Source: a bacterium | Lineage (GTDB): Bacteria; Patescibacteriota; Microgenomatia; Daviesbacterales; UBA10151 | Length of the DNA: 13,893 bases | Reading direction: 5' to 3' | Assembly: GCA_021786105.1 (NCBI GenBank) | Contig: JAJYNW010000025.1 | Coordinates: 1-13,893 of the forward strand | The notes under the pieces: generated by a model | Told to the model about the DNA's origin: nothing | Databases searched by the model: none | What the model saw: the letters and a program-made list of their open reading frames with translations, nothing else | Shown here: positions 13,805 to 13,893 of the stretch, piece after piece | Layout: each line of letters begins with the position of its first letter | Numbering within the stretch: the stretch's first letter is position 1 | Made by a program: the position numbers and the translations under genes

Positions 13805-13893
13805 ATGGAAGAAGTGAATCAATTAACTAAAATTACGATTGCCTGGGAACTCTATGAGCAGGAAGTTCCTAAGACCCATATAGCTAAACAGTT
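13805..13893 (+). mobile_element. N-terminus of an HTH protein, probably an IS transposase (partial, runs off the edge)
   Basis: MEEVNQLTKITIAWELYEQEVPKTHIAKQ(L/F): the 'ELYEQ.VP...IAKQ' pattern is the first half of a helix-turn-helix like those of IS481/IS3-type transposases. Start ATG13805 or GTG13814. No catalytic domain is visible. Confidence 0.5.

Noticed and set aside
1-13893. CRISPR array, tRNA or rRNA
   Set aside because: No regularly spaced direct repeats with spacers; intergenic gaps are short and show no cloverleaf or rRNA motifs.

Overview
Bacterial chromosomal segment (TGA used as stop, so standard code 11). Gene content and style suggest a Patescibacteria/CPR, probably Microgenomates-type, genome; this is inference. 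Recognisable genes: O-antigen-ligase/oligosaccharyltransferase-like membrane protein with C-terminal TPRs, P1B-type heavy-metal ATPase, MreB, HAD phosphatase, DUF4258/DUF2283 toxin-antitoxin pair, dihydroorotate-dehydrogenase-like flavoprotein, HD-domain protein, class I SAM methyltransferase and, at the right edge, the start of a probable IS transposase. Single accessory ORFans sit between these genes, many with their own sigma70 promoter and a very short or absent leader. The most striking unexplained structure is a set of at least six tiny palindromic elements (GNA-triloop, tandem-GA or CAAG-loop hairpins, three ending in GAATGACA). Several are translated in frame inside proteins, one is nested in another, and one sits exactly at the junction of a duplicated, synonymously diverged gene 3' end. 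Other notable items: a 7-bp tandem repeat inside the ligase gene, a leaderless 11-codon uORF coupled to a protein with an HPD-less J-like domain, and a shared Glu-early N-terminus among accessory proteins. All calls were made by eye; no database searches were run.
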